Shown one piece after another: positions 39,833-51,633 of a stretch of DNA of 64,000 nucleotides. Made by a program: the position numbers and the translations under genes. The notes below the pieces were generated by a model. It was not told the DNA's origin. It saw only the letters and a list, made by a program, of their open reading frames with translations, and did no database searches. Numbering within the stretch: the stretch's first letter is position 1; each line of letters begins with the position of its first letter. The stretch is from an uncultured delta proteobacterium (GTDB lineage: Bacteria > Myxococcota_A > UBA9160 > SMWR01), in the NCBI GenBank assembly GCA_963832165.1, contig CAWHTE010000002.1, positions 352,001 through 416,000 of the forward strand. Direction: 5' to 3'.

Positions 39833-42800
39833 GTGACCGCACCTGTCGCGGCCTGTGAGTACCCTGCGCGCCGTGTCGATGACGGTGTGGATCCGGCCGG
39901 CGCCCGCTTCGGGCATGGCCCGCGCGTGGTAGAGGCGGGCGTGCTCGCCGAGCTCGAGGCCGCGTGCGCACAGGCGGAGCGCGATCCCTCGCTTCTCGCG
40001 CATCCGCTGCGCGCGATCGTGCCGTCGCGCGCGCTGCGCGAGCAGCTCTGCTGCGCGCTCGTAGATCGCGGGCGTGCGCGCGTCGGGATCCGCGTTCAGA
40101 CATTGGACTCTCTCGCGCAAGAGGTCCTGGAACGCGCGGGTGAGTCGGGCGCGCCGGTGCTCTTGTTCGGCGAAGCCGTACGCGAGCTCGCTCGCCGCGA
40201 GCCTGCGCTCGCGAGCGAGCTCGATCCGCTCGACGACGGTCATGCTGCTGCCGTCGCGAGCGTCGAAGACCTGCTCGATGCCGGCTTCACCGAGTCGCAT
40301 ATCGACGTTCTGCTCGAGCGCGTTGCCGAGGTCGCGAGCGGTCCGGCGCTCGCACGCGCCCGTGCGCTGCTGCGCGTCGCGGCACACGTGGCGAGCGAGC
40401 TCGAGGAGCGGACGCTCGGGCATCGCTCTGCGGAGCTCGCGCGCGCGAGCGATCTCGTGCGCTCGGATCCGGCGATCCTGCCGACTCGCGCGCTCTGGAT
40501 TCACGGCTTTGCCGATGCGACCGGCGTCCAGCTCGACCTGCTCGAGACGCTCGCGCAGCGCTTCGAGAGCCGGATCTGGCTCGACCTCCCACGCGATCAC
40601 GAGCGCAGCGCGTTCGGTGCGCGGCTGCGCGAGCGGCTCGCGCCGGTTCCGGTCTTCGCCGCGCAGCCATCCTTCGAGACGCAGATCAGCGCCAGTCGCC
40701 ATGCCGATCCCGAGCACGAGGCGCGCGCCGCCGCGGCGTGGTCGCGCGAGCAGATCGCCGCCGGCACCGCGCCGGAGCGCATCGCGATCATCGCGCGTGA
40801 TCTCGCGCGACACCGGCTCGCGTTGCGCCGGCAGCTCGGACGCTTCGGCATTCCGTACTCGGGGATAGGGGAGCGAGGCTCGGTGACACCCGCTGGGCGC
40901 CACCTCGCAGCGCTGTGCGAGCTGCTCGATCGCCGCGGTGCGCTGCCCGCCGAGCGCTGGCTCGACGCGTGCGCTCGCGGCCCGGCCGCCGAGCCTGCGG
41001 ATCTGCGCGACGCGCTGCACAGGCTCGGGATCGCGACGTTCGGCGAGCTCGCGGCCGCGTCGCCCGAGCGGTGGAAGAGCGGCGTTCGGCTTCCGTCGCG
41101 CGTCGAGCTCAAAGTGGACGAGCAGGGCGCGCCGCGCGCGTCGCATCGTCTCGTCGGCGCCGTGCGGCTCGACCCGCTGCGCGACACCGCGATCGCGGTG
41201 CTGCGCCATCTCGAAGCCGAGCCCGCGCGCGCTCCGCTCGGCGTCCGCGCGGTGTTCCTGCTCGAGCTCGCCAGCCTGCTGCGCTGGAGCGAGGCGACGC
41301 CCGGGTACGTCGAGCTCTGCGCCGCGCTCGAGGAGCTCGAGCGCGCGGGCGATCGGGTCGTGCGGCGCGAAGACTGGACGCGCGTGCTGCGGCGCGCGCT
41401 TGCCGAGCCGTCCACCGATCCGCTCGGCGGCAGCGGCGGCGGCGTGCAGGTGCTGTCGGTGATGGAGGCGCGCGCGCGCGGCTTCGCGGCGCTGCGCGTG
41501 ATCGGCCTCAACCGGGGCGTGTTTCCGCGCCGCGTCTCCGACGATCCGTTGCTGCCCGACGCGCTGCGCCGCGCACTGCGAGACGTATTGCCGGATCTCC
41601 CGATCAAGGGCGAAGGTCACGAGGAGGAGCGCTTCCTGTTCGCGCAGCTCGTCGCGGCGGCGCCGCGCGTCCATCTCTCGTGCGCACAGCGCGACGCCAC
41701 CGGCCGCGCCACGCCGCCCTCGCCGCTGTTCGAGCGGACGCCGGCCGTCGTCGTCGAGGAGGGCGAGCCGGCGCTGCGCTCACCGCGCGATGCGCTGCTC
41801 GGCGCTGCGCTGCAGAGCCGTGCACCGTTCGCGGCGGCGCTGCCGGCCGCGCTCGCCGCTGCACGCCGTTCGCTGCGGCTCGGCGACGCGGACATCGCGC
41901 CGCTCGCGCGCGCGCGGCTCGCGGTGCTTCGCGAGATCGATCCGCGCGACGCGCGCCGCCACGAGCTCGGGCCGTTCCTCGGCACCGTCGGCGCGCCGCT
42001 TTCGCCGGCCGATCCGCGGCGCGCGCCGCTGTTCGTGACGCATCTCGAAGCCGCGGCTCGCTGCCCGTGGCAGGCATTCCTGTCGCGCGTTCTCGGCATT
42101 GCTCCCTCGCCGGACGCGCGCGGCGCATTGCCCGCCTCGCGCGACAAGCGCCTGCTCGGCAACGTCGTCCACGGCGCGCTCGCGCTCGCGGCAGCGGCGG
42201 GCGACTGGCCGCACTCGGTCGCGCCCGAATTCCTGCTCGAGGCCGCGCGTGAACAGATCGCCAAGGAGGGAGTGGCGCTGGCCGGTTTTGCGCAAGCGCT
42301 CGCGCGCTGTGCGGCACCCTATGTGGAGGTGGCGCGCCGGCTCGACGCGGCGGGGTCCGCGAAGATCGTGGGCATCGAGCAAGAGGGCGTCGTGCGAGTG
42401 TGCGACGCGGCCGGCGTCGAGCGCGAGCTGCATTTCCGGGCCGACCGCGTCGACGAGCTCGGCGGCACCGTGCGCCGCACCGACTGGAAGGCGGGCGGCC
42501 CGAAGAGCATTCCCGATCACCAGAAGGGTCTGGCACAAGGCACGCTGGTGCAGATCCACGCCTACGCCCAGGACGGCTCGCACGCGCGTTATGTGTATCT
42601 CGATCCCGAGCACGACGACGCCAAGCGCGTGATCGACGCGAACGCGATCGATCCCGGGCGCACCGCGTTCGACGCGGCCGTGGCGACGCTGCTCGCTGCG
42701 CGCGATGCGGGCGCATTCCCGCCGCGGCTGCGCAGGCCCGACCGCGACGAAGAGATCGGCGCGTGTCGCAGCTGCGAGCTGCGGCCCGCGTGTCTGCGCG

Positions 42801-42913
42801 GCGACAGCGGCGCGCGCATGCGGATCGCCGCGTGGGCGGAAGGGGCCGGCGCCGGCAGCGAGCTCGAGCGCGCTGCGCTCGCCGTCTGGCGTCTGCCCGA
42901 GGCGGGAACATGA
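39833..42913 (+). CDS. addB: AddB-like subunit (inactive helicase scaffold + PD-(D/E)XK nuclease with Fe-S cysteines)
   Basis: EARARGF..L.VIGLNRGVFP, EERFLF, RCPWQAFL, RADRVD..DWK and CRSCELRPAC; start uncertain. Confidence 0.75.
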   Translation: MTAPVAACEYPARRVDDGVDPAGARFGHGPRVVEAGVLAELEAACAQAERDPSLLAHPLRAIVPSRALREQLCCALVDRGRARVGIRVQTLDSLAQEVLERAGESGAPVLLFGEAVRELARREPALASELDPLDDGHAAAVASVEDLLDAGFTESHIDVLLERVAEVASGPALARARALLRVAAHVASELEERTLGHRSAELARASDLVRSDPAILPTRALWIHGFADATGVQLDLLETLAQRFESRIWLDLPRDHERSAFGARLRERLAPVPVFAAQPSFETQISASRHADPEHEARAAAAWSREQIAAGTAPERIAIIARDLARHRLALRRQLGRFGIPYSGIGERGSVTPAGRHLAALCELLDRRGALPAERWLDACARGPAAEPADLRDALHRLGIATFGELAAASPERWKSGVRLPSRVELKVDEQGAPRASHRLVGAVRLDPLRDTAIAVLRHLEAEPARAPLGVRAVFLLELASLLRWSEATPGYVELCAALEELERAGDRVVRREDWTRVLRRALAEPSTDPLGGSGGGVQVLSVMEARARGFAALRVIGLNRGVFPRRVSDDPLLPDALRRALRDVLPDLPIKGEGHEEERFLFAQLVAAAPRVHLSCAQRDATGRATPPSPLFERTPAVVVEEGEPALRSPRDALLGAALQSRAPFAAALPAALAAARRSLRLGDADIAPLARARLAVLREIDPRDARRHELGPFLGTVGAPLSPADPRRAPLFVTHLEAAARCPWQAFLSRVLGIAPSPDARGALPASRDKRLLGNVVHGALALAAAAGDWPHSVAPEFLLEAAREQIAKEGVALAGFAQALARCAAPYVEVARRLDAAGSAKIVGIEQEGVVRVCDAAGVERELHFRADRVDELGGTVRRTDWKAGGPKSIPDHQKGLAQGTLVQIHAYAQDGSHARYVYLDPEHDDAKRVIDANAIDPGRTAFDAAVATLLAARDAGAFPPRLRRPDRDEEIGACRSCELRPACLRGDSGARMRIAAWAEGAGAGSELERAALAVWRLPEAGT

Positions 42914-45900
42914 GCGACACGCTGCTCGCGAGCCGCTCGGCCGACGCGCGCAGCCGCACGCTCGCGCAGACCGAGTTCACGCGCCCGGTCGCGATCGAGG
43001 CCGGCGCGGGCACCGGCAAGACGGCGATCCTCGTGGCGCGCGTGCTCGCGTGGTGTCTCGGCCCGGGATGGGAGCTCGCGCGTACGCGAGAGCCCGAGGC
43101 CGAAGCCGCGCGGATCGCCGAGCGCGTGTTGCGCGGCGTCGTCGCGATCACGTTCACCGAGGCGGCTGCGGCCGAGATGGACACGCGGATCGAGCAGGCG
43201 CTCGCCGCGCTCGACCGCGGCGAGCGGCCCGTCGGCTTCGAAATGCCCGCACCGCTCGACCGGGTCGCTGCGCTGCGGGGCGCACTCGATCAGCTCGTCG
43301 TCGAGACGATCCACGCCTACTGCCGGCGTCTGCTGGCCGCGCATCCGATCGAGGCGGGTCTGCATCCGCTCTTCGAGGTGGATGCCGACGGCGCCTTCGC
43401 GGCGGAAGCGGTGCGCGACGCGGTGTCGGAGCAGCTCGGCGCCGCGTATTCGCGCGGCGACGCGCACGCGCTCGAGCTCGCGCGCCTGGGCATTGGACCG
43501 CTCGAGCTCGAGGCGGAGCTCATCGCGCAGCGCGGCGCCGGGGTCGCGGCCGCGGAGATCGCGAGCGATCCGCTCGCACCCGAGCGGATCGAGGCGCTGC
43601 GCGCGCGACTCGCCGCGGCGCACGCGGAGCTGGAGACCGCCGCTGCCGGTCGCCTCGCTTCGGTGCGCAAGGGGGGGAAGGCGTTGGTGGTAGCGGATGC
43701 GCTCCGCACCGCGCGCGGACTCCTCGCCGCGCAGGCGCGCAACCGCGAAGACCTCGAGCGCCTGCGCTCCGGCGTCGTCGAGGCCTGGCAGGGGACGGCC
43801 CGGAATGCCCTGCCGAAGTGGGCGAACGAAGACTTCACGCAAGCCGAAGCGGACGCTTTCGCCGAGCGCCGGCCAGAGATCGCCGCCGCCGCAGGCGGCC
43901 TCGCTCCACTGCTCGCGCACCTCGAGAAGATCGATCCCGCGGCGCTGGAGCCGCTCGCGCCGACGCTCGGGGCGCTCGCTGCCGATGTGGAGGAGCGTCT
44001 GCGCCGTCAGGGCCGCGTGAGCTTCGAGGACCTGCTCACGCGCTCCGCCGCGCTGCTCGCCCACCACCCGCGCGTGGCCGCAGAGCTGCGGCGCGGCATC
44101 GATCAGCTGCTCGTCGACGAGTTCCAGGATACCGACGCGCGCCAGTGTGCGATCGTCGACGCGCTCGCGCTCGAAGGTGCGGCGGCGGACCGGCCCGGGC
44201 TGTTCCTGGTCGGTGATCCGAAGCAGTCGATCTACGGCTGGCGCAATGCCGATCTCGAGGCGTACGAGCGCATGCTCGCGCGCGTGCGCGAGGCCGGCGG
44301 CAGCGTCGGCACGCTCAGCGTCAACCACCGCTCGGTGCCGGCGATCCTGCGCGAGGTCGAGCGCGTCGTGGCGCCGGTGATGGTGCAGGTCGCCGGTCTC
44401 CAGCCCGCGTTCGAAGCGCTCGCGCCGAGCGAGGAGCGCGAGGCGTCGCCGGGCTTTGCCGCGGGCGGTCGCGCTGCCGTGGAGTTCTGGCTGCCCGTGG
44501 AGTGCGACGACCAGGGCGCGCTTCGCAAGATGCGCGCGTCCGAAGCAGCGGCGGTCGAAGCGCGCGCGCTCGCGCGCGACCTGCGCGAGCTGCACGACGC
44601 GCACGGCCTCGCATGGGGCAGCTTCGGCGTGCTGTTCCGGAGCCGCGGCGATTGGGACGTCTACCTCGGCGCGCTGCGCGAGGCGGAGATCCCGTTCTCG
44701 GTCGAGGGCGATCGCACCTACTACCGGCGCCGCGAGATCGTCGACGCGGTCGGGCTCGTGTGCTGCGTGCTCGATCCGAACGATCAGCTCGCGCTGCTGA
44801 CGCTGTTGCGATCGAGTGTCGCGGGCATTCCCGACGCGGCGTGGATTCCGCTCTGGGTGGCCGGCTTCCCGAAGCTCGCCGCGAAGCTCGGATTCGATGC
44901 GAGCGCGCTCGCCGCGCTCGAGCCCATGCTGGGCGAGGTCGCGGGCGCGATCGACGGCACGGTGCCGGGCCTCGAGCGCATCTCCGACTGGCCCACGTCG
45001 GCGTTCGCGTGTCTCGAGGCGATCGATGCGCTGCGCCGCAGCTTCGAGCGCGATCCCGGGGACGTGTTCGTCGAGCGGCTGCGCGCGGCGCTGTGCTTCG
45101 AGGCGGCGGAAGCGGCGCGCTTCCTCGGCGCGTGGCGCGCGGCGAACCTCGAGCGCTTCTTCTGCGACCTCGCCGACGGGCTCGCCGCGGGCGAGCCCGT
45201 GGGTGCGCTGCTGCGGCGGATCCGGCGCGCGGTGGCCGAGGAGGAGACGCCGAGCGCCGAGCCCACCGCACCGGGGTCGCTCGATGCCGTCACCGTGGTG
45301 ACGCTGCACGGCGCGAAGGGCCTCGACTGGGATCACGTGTACCTGATGCAGCTGCACAAGGGTGCGGCGCGCCGCGCGACGCCGGGCGAGTGCGGTCGCG
45401 TCGACGGCGTGCTCGAGACGACCTGGTGCGGTGTTCCCACGCTCGCGTTCGACGCCGTGGCGGATCGGCGCGGCCGCGTCGCAGACGCCGAGCGCGTGCG
45501 CACCCTCTACGTCGGCATGACGCGCGCGCGCGAGCGGCTCGTGGTGTCGGGCGTGTGGCCCGAGTTCCTGCGCGCGGGCGAAGACTCGCACGCGGCGCTG
45601 CTCGTGGAGCGCAATCCGGCGCCGCCGGGCTGGAGCGCGGTGCTGGCGCAGGGGATCGACGGACGCGTCGAGGCCGCCGACGCGTGTTGGGTGCTCCCTG
45701 CGCTGCGCGCGGTCGCACCCTCCGCGACACCCGATCCGGTCGAGCCGGACGAGCCCGCCGAGTTCGCGCCGATCGCGGCGGCGGAGCCGATCGCGGACGC
45801 CGAGCAGCGCATGGCGCTGCCGATCGGAGCATCGGTGACGAAGCTGGTCGAGCCCGACGACGCGCAAGCGCAGGGTGCACGCACTCCGACGCCACGCTCC

Positions 45901-46473
45901 GCGGCGCGCTGGGTGGGCACCGCGATCCACGCGGCGCTCGAGCGCATCGACCTCGGCGCGAGCGCTGCCGAGTGGAGCGACCAGCGCGCGCGCATCGCCG
46001 CGCAGATCGCTGCCGCGGCGCCGCCCGACGAGCGCGCGCAGGCGACCGAGGACGCGCTCGCGTGCTGGGACGCGCTCGCGAGCGGTCCGATCGCGGCTCG
46101 GCTGCGCGCGCTCTCCGAGCGCGTCGTCGCGCGCGAGCTGCCCGTTCTGCTGGGGCCGACGCAATCACCGTGCAGCGAGCCGAAGGCGTATGCGACGGAG
46201 TCGCTCGGCTTCGTGGCCGGCAGCGTGGATCTGCTCTACCGCGGGGACGACGGGCGGCTCGTGGTGGTCGACTACAAGACCGATCGCGTCGATCCGAGCA
46301 CGGGCGATGCGCGCGTTCGCCGCGAGAGCTATGCGCGGCAGGGCGAGCTCTACTGTCGCGCGGTGGGCGAGGCGCTCTGCACCGAGCCACCGCGCTTCGA
46401 GATCTGGTGGCTGCGCAGCGGGGTGGTCGAGCAGGTTCCAGTGGCGGGCGCCGCGAGCGCGGCGGATCGGTAA
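42910..46473 (+). CDS. addA: AddA-like UvrD helicase-nuclease
   Basis: EAGAGTGKT, AITFTEAAA, VDEFQDT, VGDPKQSIYGWR, TLHGAKGL, LYVGMTRA and GSVDLL..VVDYKTD. Confidence 0.82.
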   Translation: MSDTLLASRSADARSRTLAQTEFTRPVAIEAGAGTGKTAILVARVLAWCLGPGWELARTREPEAEAARIAERVLRGVVAITFTEAAAAEMDTRIEQALAALDRGERPVGFEMPAPLDRVAALRGALDQLVVETIHAYCRRLLAAHPIEAGLHPLFEVDADGAFAAEAVRDAVSEQLGAAYSRGDAHALELARLGIGPLELEAELIAQRGAGVAAAEIASDPLAPERIEALRARLAAAHAELETAAAGRLASVRKGGKALVVADALRTARGLLAAQARNREDLERLRSGVVEAWQGTARNALPKWANEDFTQAEADAFAERRPEIAAAAGGLAPLLAHLEKIDPAALEPLAPTLGALAADVEERLRRQGRVSFEDLLTRSAALLAHHPRVAAELRRGIDQLLVDEFQDTDARQCAIVDALALEGAAADRPGLFLVGDPKQSIYGWRNADLEAYERMLARVREAGGSVGTLSVNHRSVPAILREVERVVAPVMVQVAGLQPAFEALAPSEEREASPGFAAGGRAAVEFWLPVECDDQGALRKMRASEAAAVEARALARDLRELHDAHGLAWGSFGVLFRSRGDWDVYLGALREAEIPFSVEGDRTYYRRREIVDAVGLVCCVLDPNDQLALLTLLRSSVAGIPDAAWIPLWVAGFPKLAAKLGFDASALAALEPMLGEVAGAIDGTVPGLERISDWPTSAFACLEAIDALRRSFERDPGDVFVERLRAALCFEAAEAARFLGAWRAANLERFFCDLADGLAAGEPVGALLRRIRRAVAEEETPSAEPTAPGSLDAVTVVTLHGAKGLDWDHVYLMQLHKGAARRATPGECGRVDGVLETTWCGVPTLAFDAVADRRGRVADAERVRTLYVGMTRARERLVVSGVWPEFLRAGEDSHAALLVERNPAPPGWSAVLAQGIDGRVEAADACWVLPALRAVAPSATPDPVEPDEPAEFAPIAAAEPIADAEQRMALPIGASVTKLVEPDDAQAQGARTPTPRSAARWVGTAIHAALERIDLGASAAEWSDQRARIAAQIAAAAPPDERAQATEDALACWDALASGPIAARLRALSERVVARELPVLLGPTQSPCSEPKAYATESLGFVAGSVDLLYRGDDGRLVVVDYKTDRVDPSTGDARVRRESYARQGELYCRAVGEALCTEPPRFEIWWLRSGVVEQVPVAGAASAADR

Positions 46474-46486
46474 CATCGCCGAGCAC

Positions 46487-47934
<1,448 letters not shown>

Positions 47935-47938
<4 letters not shown>

Positions 47939-49326
47939 GCGAGGTGGTCTCGGTGCGCAGCGTGCTCGCGCGCGAGCGCGCGGGCGGCAGCGTCACGGTG
48001 CGCGGATGGCTGCGCACGACGCGCCACTCGAAGGGCGTCTCGTTCCTCGAGGTCTCCGACGGCTCGTGCTTCGCGGGTCTCCAGGTGGTCGCAGAGCCCG
48101 CGCTCGCGAACTACGAGAGCGAGGTGAGCACGCTCGGCACCGGATGCGCGGTGTCGGTGACGGGAGAGATCGTCGATTCGCCGGGGCAGGGGCAGCGCTA
48201 CGAGCTGCGCGCGACGCGCGTCGAGCTCGTCGGCGGAGTCGCGGCCGACTACCCGCTCCAGAAGAAGCGCCACTCGTTCGAGTTCCTGCGCACGATCGCG
48301 CACCTGCGGCCGCGCACCAACACGATCGGCGCGGTGCTGCGCGTGCGCAACGCCGCGTCGGTGGCGATCCACCAGTTCTTTCAGGAGCGCGGCTTCCTGT
48401 GCCTGCAGACGCCCGTGATCACGGCGTCGGACGCGGAGGGCGCGGGCGAGATGTTCCGCGTCACCACGCTCGACGCGGGCAACCCGCCGCGCGACGCGTC
48501 GGGCCGCGTCGACTGGTCGGCCGACTTCTTCGGGCGCGAGGCGTTCCTGACCGTATCGGGCCAGCTCGAGGGGGAGATCGGCGCGCTCGCGATGACGAAC
48601 GTGTACACGTTCGGCCCGACGTTCCGCGCCGAGAATTCGAACACGAGCCGACACCTCGCCGAGTTCTGGATGATCGAGCCCGAGATGGCGTTCTGCGATC
48701 TCGCGGGCAACATGGACGTCGCCGAGGCGTTCCTGAAGTCGCTGTTCGCGGCGGTGCTCGAGCGCTGCCCCGACGACCTCGCGTTCTTCAACGAGCGCAT
48801 CGACGACACCGTGATCGCGACGCTCGAGCACATCGTCCGCGCGCCGTTCGAGCGCATGACCTACAGCGAGGCGATCGCGATCCTCGAGAAGAGCGGGCGC
48901 ACGTTCGAGTTCCCCGTGAAGTGGGGCGCCGATCTGCAGAGCGAGCACGAGCGCTTCCTGGCCGAGGAGCACGTCGGGCGGCCCGTGATCGTCACGGACT
49001 ATCCCGCGGCGATCAAGGCGTTCTACATGTACCTGAACGACGACGAGCGCACGGTGCGCGCGATGGACGTGCTCGTGCCGAAGGTCGGCGAGATCATCGG
49101 CGGCTCGCAGCGCGAGCACCGCGAGGAGGTGCTGCGCCGACGGATCGCCGCGTCGGGCCTCGACCCGGCCGACTACGGCTGGTATCTCGACCTGCGCCGC
49201 TTCGGCAGCGCGCCGCACGCGGGCTTCGGCCTGGGCTTCGAGCGCATCGTGCAGTTCATCACCGGCATGAAGAACATCCGCGACGTGATCCCGTTCCCGC
49301 GCGTGCCGGGTTATGCGGAGTTCTAG
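47935..49326 (+). CDS. asnS: Asparagine--tRNA ligase
   Basis: [34 protein letters not shown] and [11 protein letters not shown]. Confidence 0.97.
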
Positions 49327-49727
49327 TGGCGGTGCGGATCGTCCGGCTCGGCACCGATCGCAGCGACGGTGAGGGTCTGCGCATCGGGACCGTCCGCCGG
49401 CCGCCGCGCGGCGTGGCGAAGGCGGAGTTCGCGTCGCGCAACTTCTACGACGTCTGGTTTCCGAACCTGGCTCCGAGCGAGGATCTCCTGAAACGCGGTC
49501 AGCGCGCGCAGACCGAGCCCGAGTGGCGCGCGTTTGCGCGCGCGTACCGCAGGGAGATGGCGACGCCCGAGAGCCGGCGCACGCTCGACCTGCTCGCTGC
49601 GCTCTCGCACCACGCGAGCTTCTCGGTCGGCTGCTACTGCGAGGACGAGTCGCGCTGCCACCGGTCGATCCTGCGCGAGCTCCTCGTCGAGCGCGGCGCC
49701 GACGTCAGATCGCGCAAAGGGTTGTAA
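49326..49727 (+). CDS. DUF488-family protein
   Basis: RIGTVRRPPRGV, LAPS and CYCEDESRCHRS. Confidence 0.85.
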   Translation: MAVRIVRLGTDRSDGEGLRIGTVRRPPRGVAKAEFASRNFYDVWFPNLAPSEDLLKRGQRAQTEPEWRAFARAYRREMATPESRRTLDLLAALSHHASFSVGCYCEDESRCHRSILRELLVERGADVRSRKGL

Positions 49728-49881
49728 GAAAGGTCGCGGGATGGCGCGAATTGCAATTTCAGGGGCACGCTCGCGCGAATCTGAGCCAGACGCGATGGCA
49801 ACAATCCGGCGCGAATTTTGCACCAACCCCGGGCGCGAGACGACGCAGCACGCGCTCGTCTCCGACGACGCCAGGAGGGAA

Positions 49882-50121
49882 ATGATGCAAAACCAATCGA
49901 TCGCAGTCGTGGGTGCCTGCCTAACACTGCTCGCAACCGGCTGCGCGACGAGCGGGTCGGTGGACAAGCTCGACGATCGGATCGGCAATCTCGAACAGCG
50001 CCTGGGCGACATCGAGCGCCGGGCGGCTGCGGCCGAGAGCGCCGCGCAACAAGCCGCTGCGGACGCGCGCCAGAACACCGAGCGCTCCGAGGCGATGTTC
50101 AAGAAGTCGGTGACGAAGTAG
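49882..50121 (+). CDS. Lpp/OprI-like alanine-zipper lipoprotein with C-terminal Lys
   Basis: RBS AGGAGG; lipobox LATGC; coiled coil with AAAAESAAQQAAA; ends MFKKSVTK. Confidence 0.85.
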   Translation: MMQNQSIAVVGACLTLLATGCATSGSVDKLDDRIGNLEQRLGDIERRAAAAESAAQQAAADARQNTERSEAMFKKSVTK

Positions 50122-51007
50122 GTTTCGGCGCCGGAAGCGTTCCCACTCTCACCGGGAGACCGCGTGCCTCTTCGATCGCGCGGGTCACCAGCTCGAGGTC
50201 GAGATACTCGAGCACGCCCAGTGCGCGCGGGACGTCGAGGGCGCTCTGCCGGTCGCGTTTCAGACCGTAGAGATCGGGGTGCGCCTCCAGGTAGATGTGC
50301 GTCCCGTCGCTGCCCCACTTCGCCGTCTGGTAGACGATCTGCACGCGCGTTCCCTCGCGCACGCGGCCGTACAGGCGCCGGATGTCGTCCTCGTAGAGGC
50401 GCAGACATCCGTGCGTGGCCTCGCGCCCGATCGACCAGCGCACGTTGGTGCCGTGGATCCCGTACGAGGTGCCCCCGATCGATAGCCAGCGGCTGCCGAG
50501 CGGATTGTCGGGACCGGCGGGCACCTGCGCGGGCAGCTCGGGCTTCTCGGCGCGGATCGACGCCGGCACGTTCCAGACCGGGTCCTCGCGTTTCGCCCCC
50601 ACCTTGAAGTCGCCCAGGATCGAAGGGTCGGCCTGGTCGCCGACGGCGAGCGCGAACACCTCGGGGCCGGGGCGGTAGCGCACCGTGTAGTCGAACAGGC
50701 GCATCTCGGGGATGTTGACGACGAGCCCCTCTTCGTCGGTATCCGGCAGGATGTACTGGGTCGGAAGGAGCACCTGGGTTCCCGCGGCTGGAATCCAGGG
50801 ATCGACGCCCGGATTGAGGCGCTCGATCGCCAGGTATCCGACCCTGCGCCGATAGGCGACGTCGAGCAGCGTCTCGCCCTGCGCGACGACGGTGCTCTCT
50901 TCGCGGCCCAGCACCGGACGCAGCCCGGGTGTCTGCCCGCCTCCGGGCACGGGTGCGGCGATTGCGATTGCAATCAGCCACCCGAGTGCAAGACTCCCGC
51001 GCCGCAT
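50099..51007 (-). CDS. L,D-transpeptidase, ErfK/YbiS type (LysM + YkuD)
   Basis: GETLLDVA...NPGVDPWIP, NIPEMRL, PAGPDNPLG and IHGTN...THGCLRL. Confidence 0.92.
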   Translation of the reverse strand: MRRGSLALGWLIAIAIAAPVPGGGQTPGLRPVLGREESTVVAQGETLLDVAYRRRVGYLAIERLNPGVDPWIPAAGTQVLLPTQYILPDTDEEGLVVNIPEMRLFDYTVRYRPGPEVFALAVGDQADPSILGDFKVGAKREDPVWNVPASIRAEKPELPAQVPAGPDNPLGSRWLSIGGTSYGIHGTNVRWSIGREATHGCLRLYEDDIRRLYGRVREGTRVQIVYQTAKWGSDGTHIYLEAHPDLYGLKRDRQSALDVPRALGVLEYLDLELVTRAIEEARGLPVRVGTLPAPKPTSSPTS

Positions 51008-51629
51008 GGTTGGGCACAGAGTACGGGACCTCGGACCGATCTTCGCCGCGGCAATCTTCGCGTGCGCCCCGACTACATCGCCGCCGCCGCTCGCGGTGCT
51101 GTCTCCCGCTCCTCCGCCTCGCGTGGAGGCGCCGGCGGCCTGCGAGCGGATCGTCGCGATCGCGGTGAGCAAGCGGGAGCGGCGGCTGCGCGCAGAGTGC
51201 GAGGGCGGAGCGCTCATCGAGATGGTGGTGGCGCTCGGCCGTGGAGACGAGGGCCCCAAGCTGCGCGTCGGAGACTCGCGCACGCCCGAGGGTCGGTATC
51301 GGGTCAGCGGACCGCCGCGGCAGAGCCGCTTCCACCAGTTCATTCCGATCGACTACCCCTCGCTCTCCGACGCCGAGGCGGCGCATGGCGAGGGTCGCCT
51401 TTCCGACGTCGAGTATCGCCGGATCGCGGCCGCCCATGCGCAGGGACAGCCGCCGCCCGCGGACACCGCGCTCGGCGGCTACCTCGGCCTGCACGGCGAG
51501 GGCAAGCGCTGGCACGGCGACTCGCGCCTCCTCGACTGGACCCTGGGCTGCCTCGGGCTCGCGGACGCGGACGTCGAATTCATCGCGGCACGCCTCGCCG
51601 TCGGAACGCCGGTATCGATCTTCCCCTGA
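51006..51629 (+). CDS. YkuD-family protein (YafK/DpaA-like)
   Basis: GPKLRVGDSRTPEGRY, IDYP and LGGYLGLHG...DWTLGC. Confidence 0.85.
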   Translation: MVGHRVRDLGPIFAAAIFACAPTTSPPPLAVLSPAPPPRVEAPAACERIVAIAVSKRERRLRAECEGGALIEMVVALGRGDEGPKLRVGDSRTPEGRYRVSGPPRQSRFHQFIPIDYPSLSDAEAAHGEGRLSDVEYRRIAAAHAQGQPPPADTALGGYLGLHGEGKRWHGDSRLLDWTLGCLGLADADVEFIAARLAVGTPVSIFP

Positions 51630-51633
51630 CGCG

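Noticed and set aside
39833..46473. Helicase-nuclease pair as a novel defence system
   Set aside because: Motifs, order and housekeeping context fit AddAB recombinational repair
49741..49756. Sigma54 promoter before the lipoprotein gene
   Set aside because: TGGCGC-N3-TTGC spacing is 2 nt too short for -24/-12
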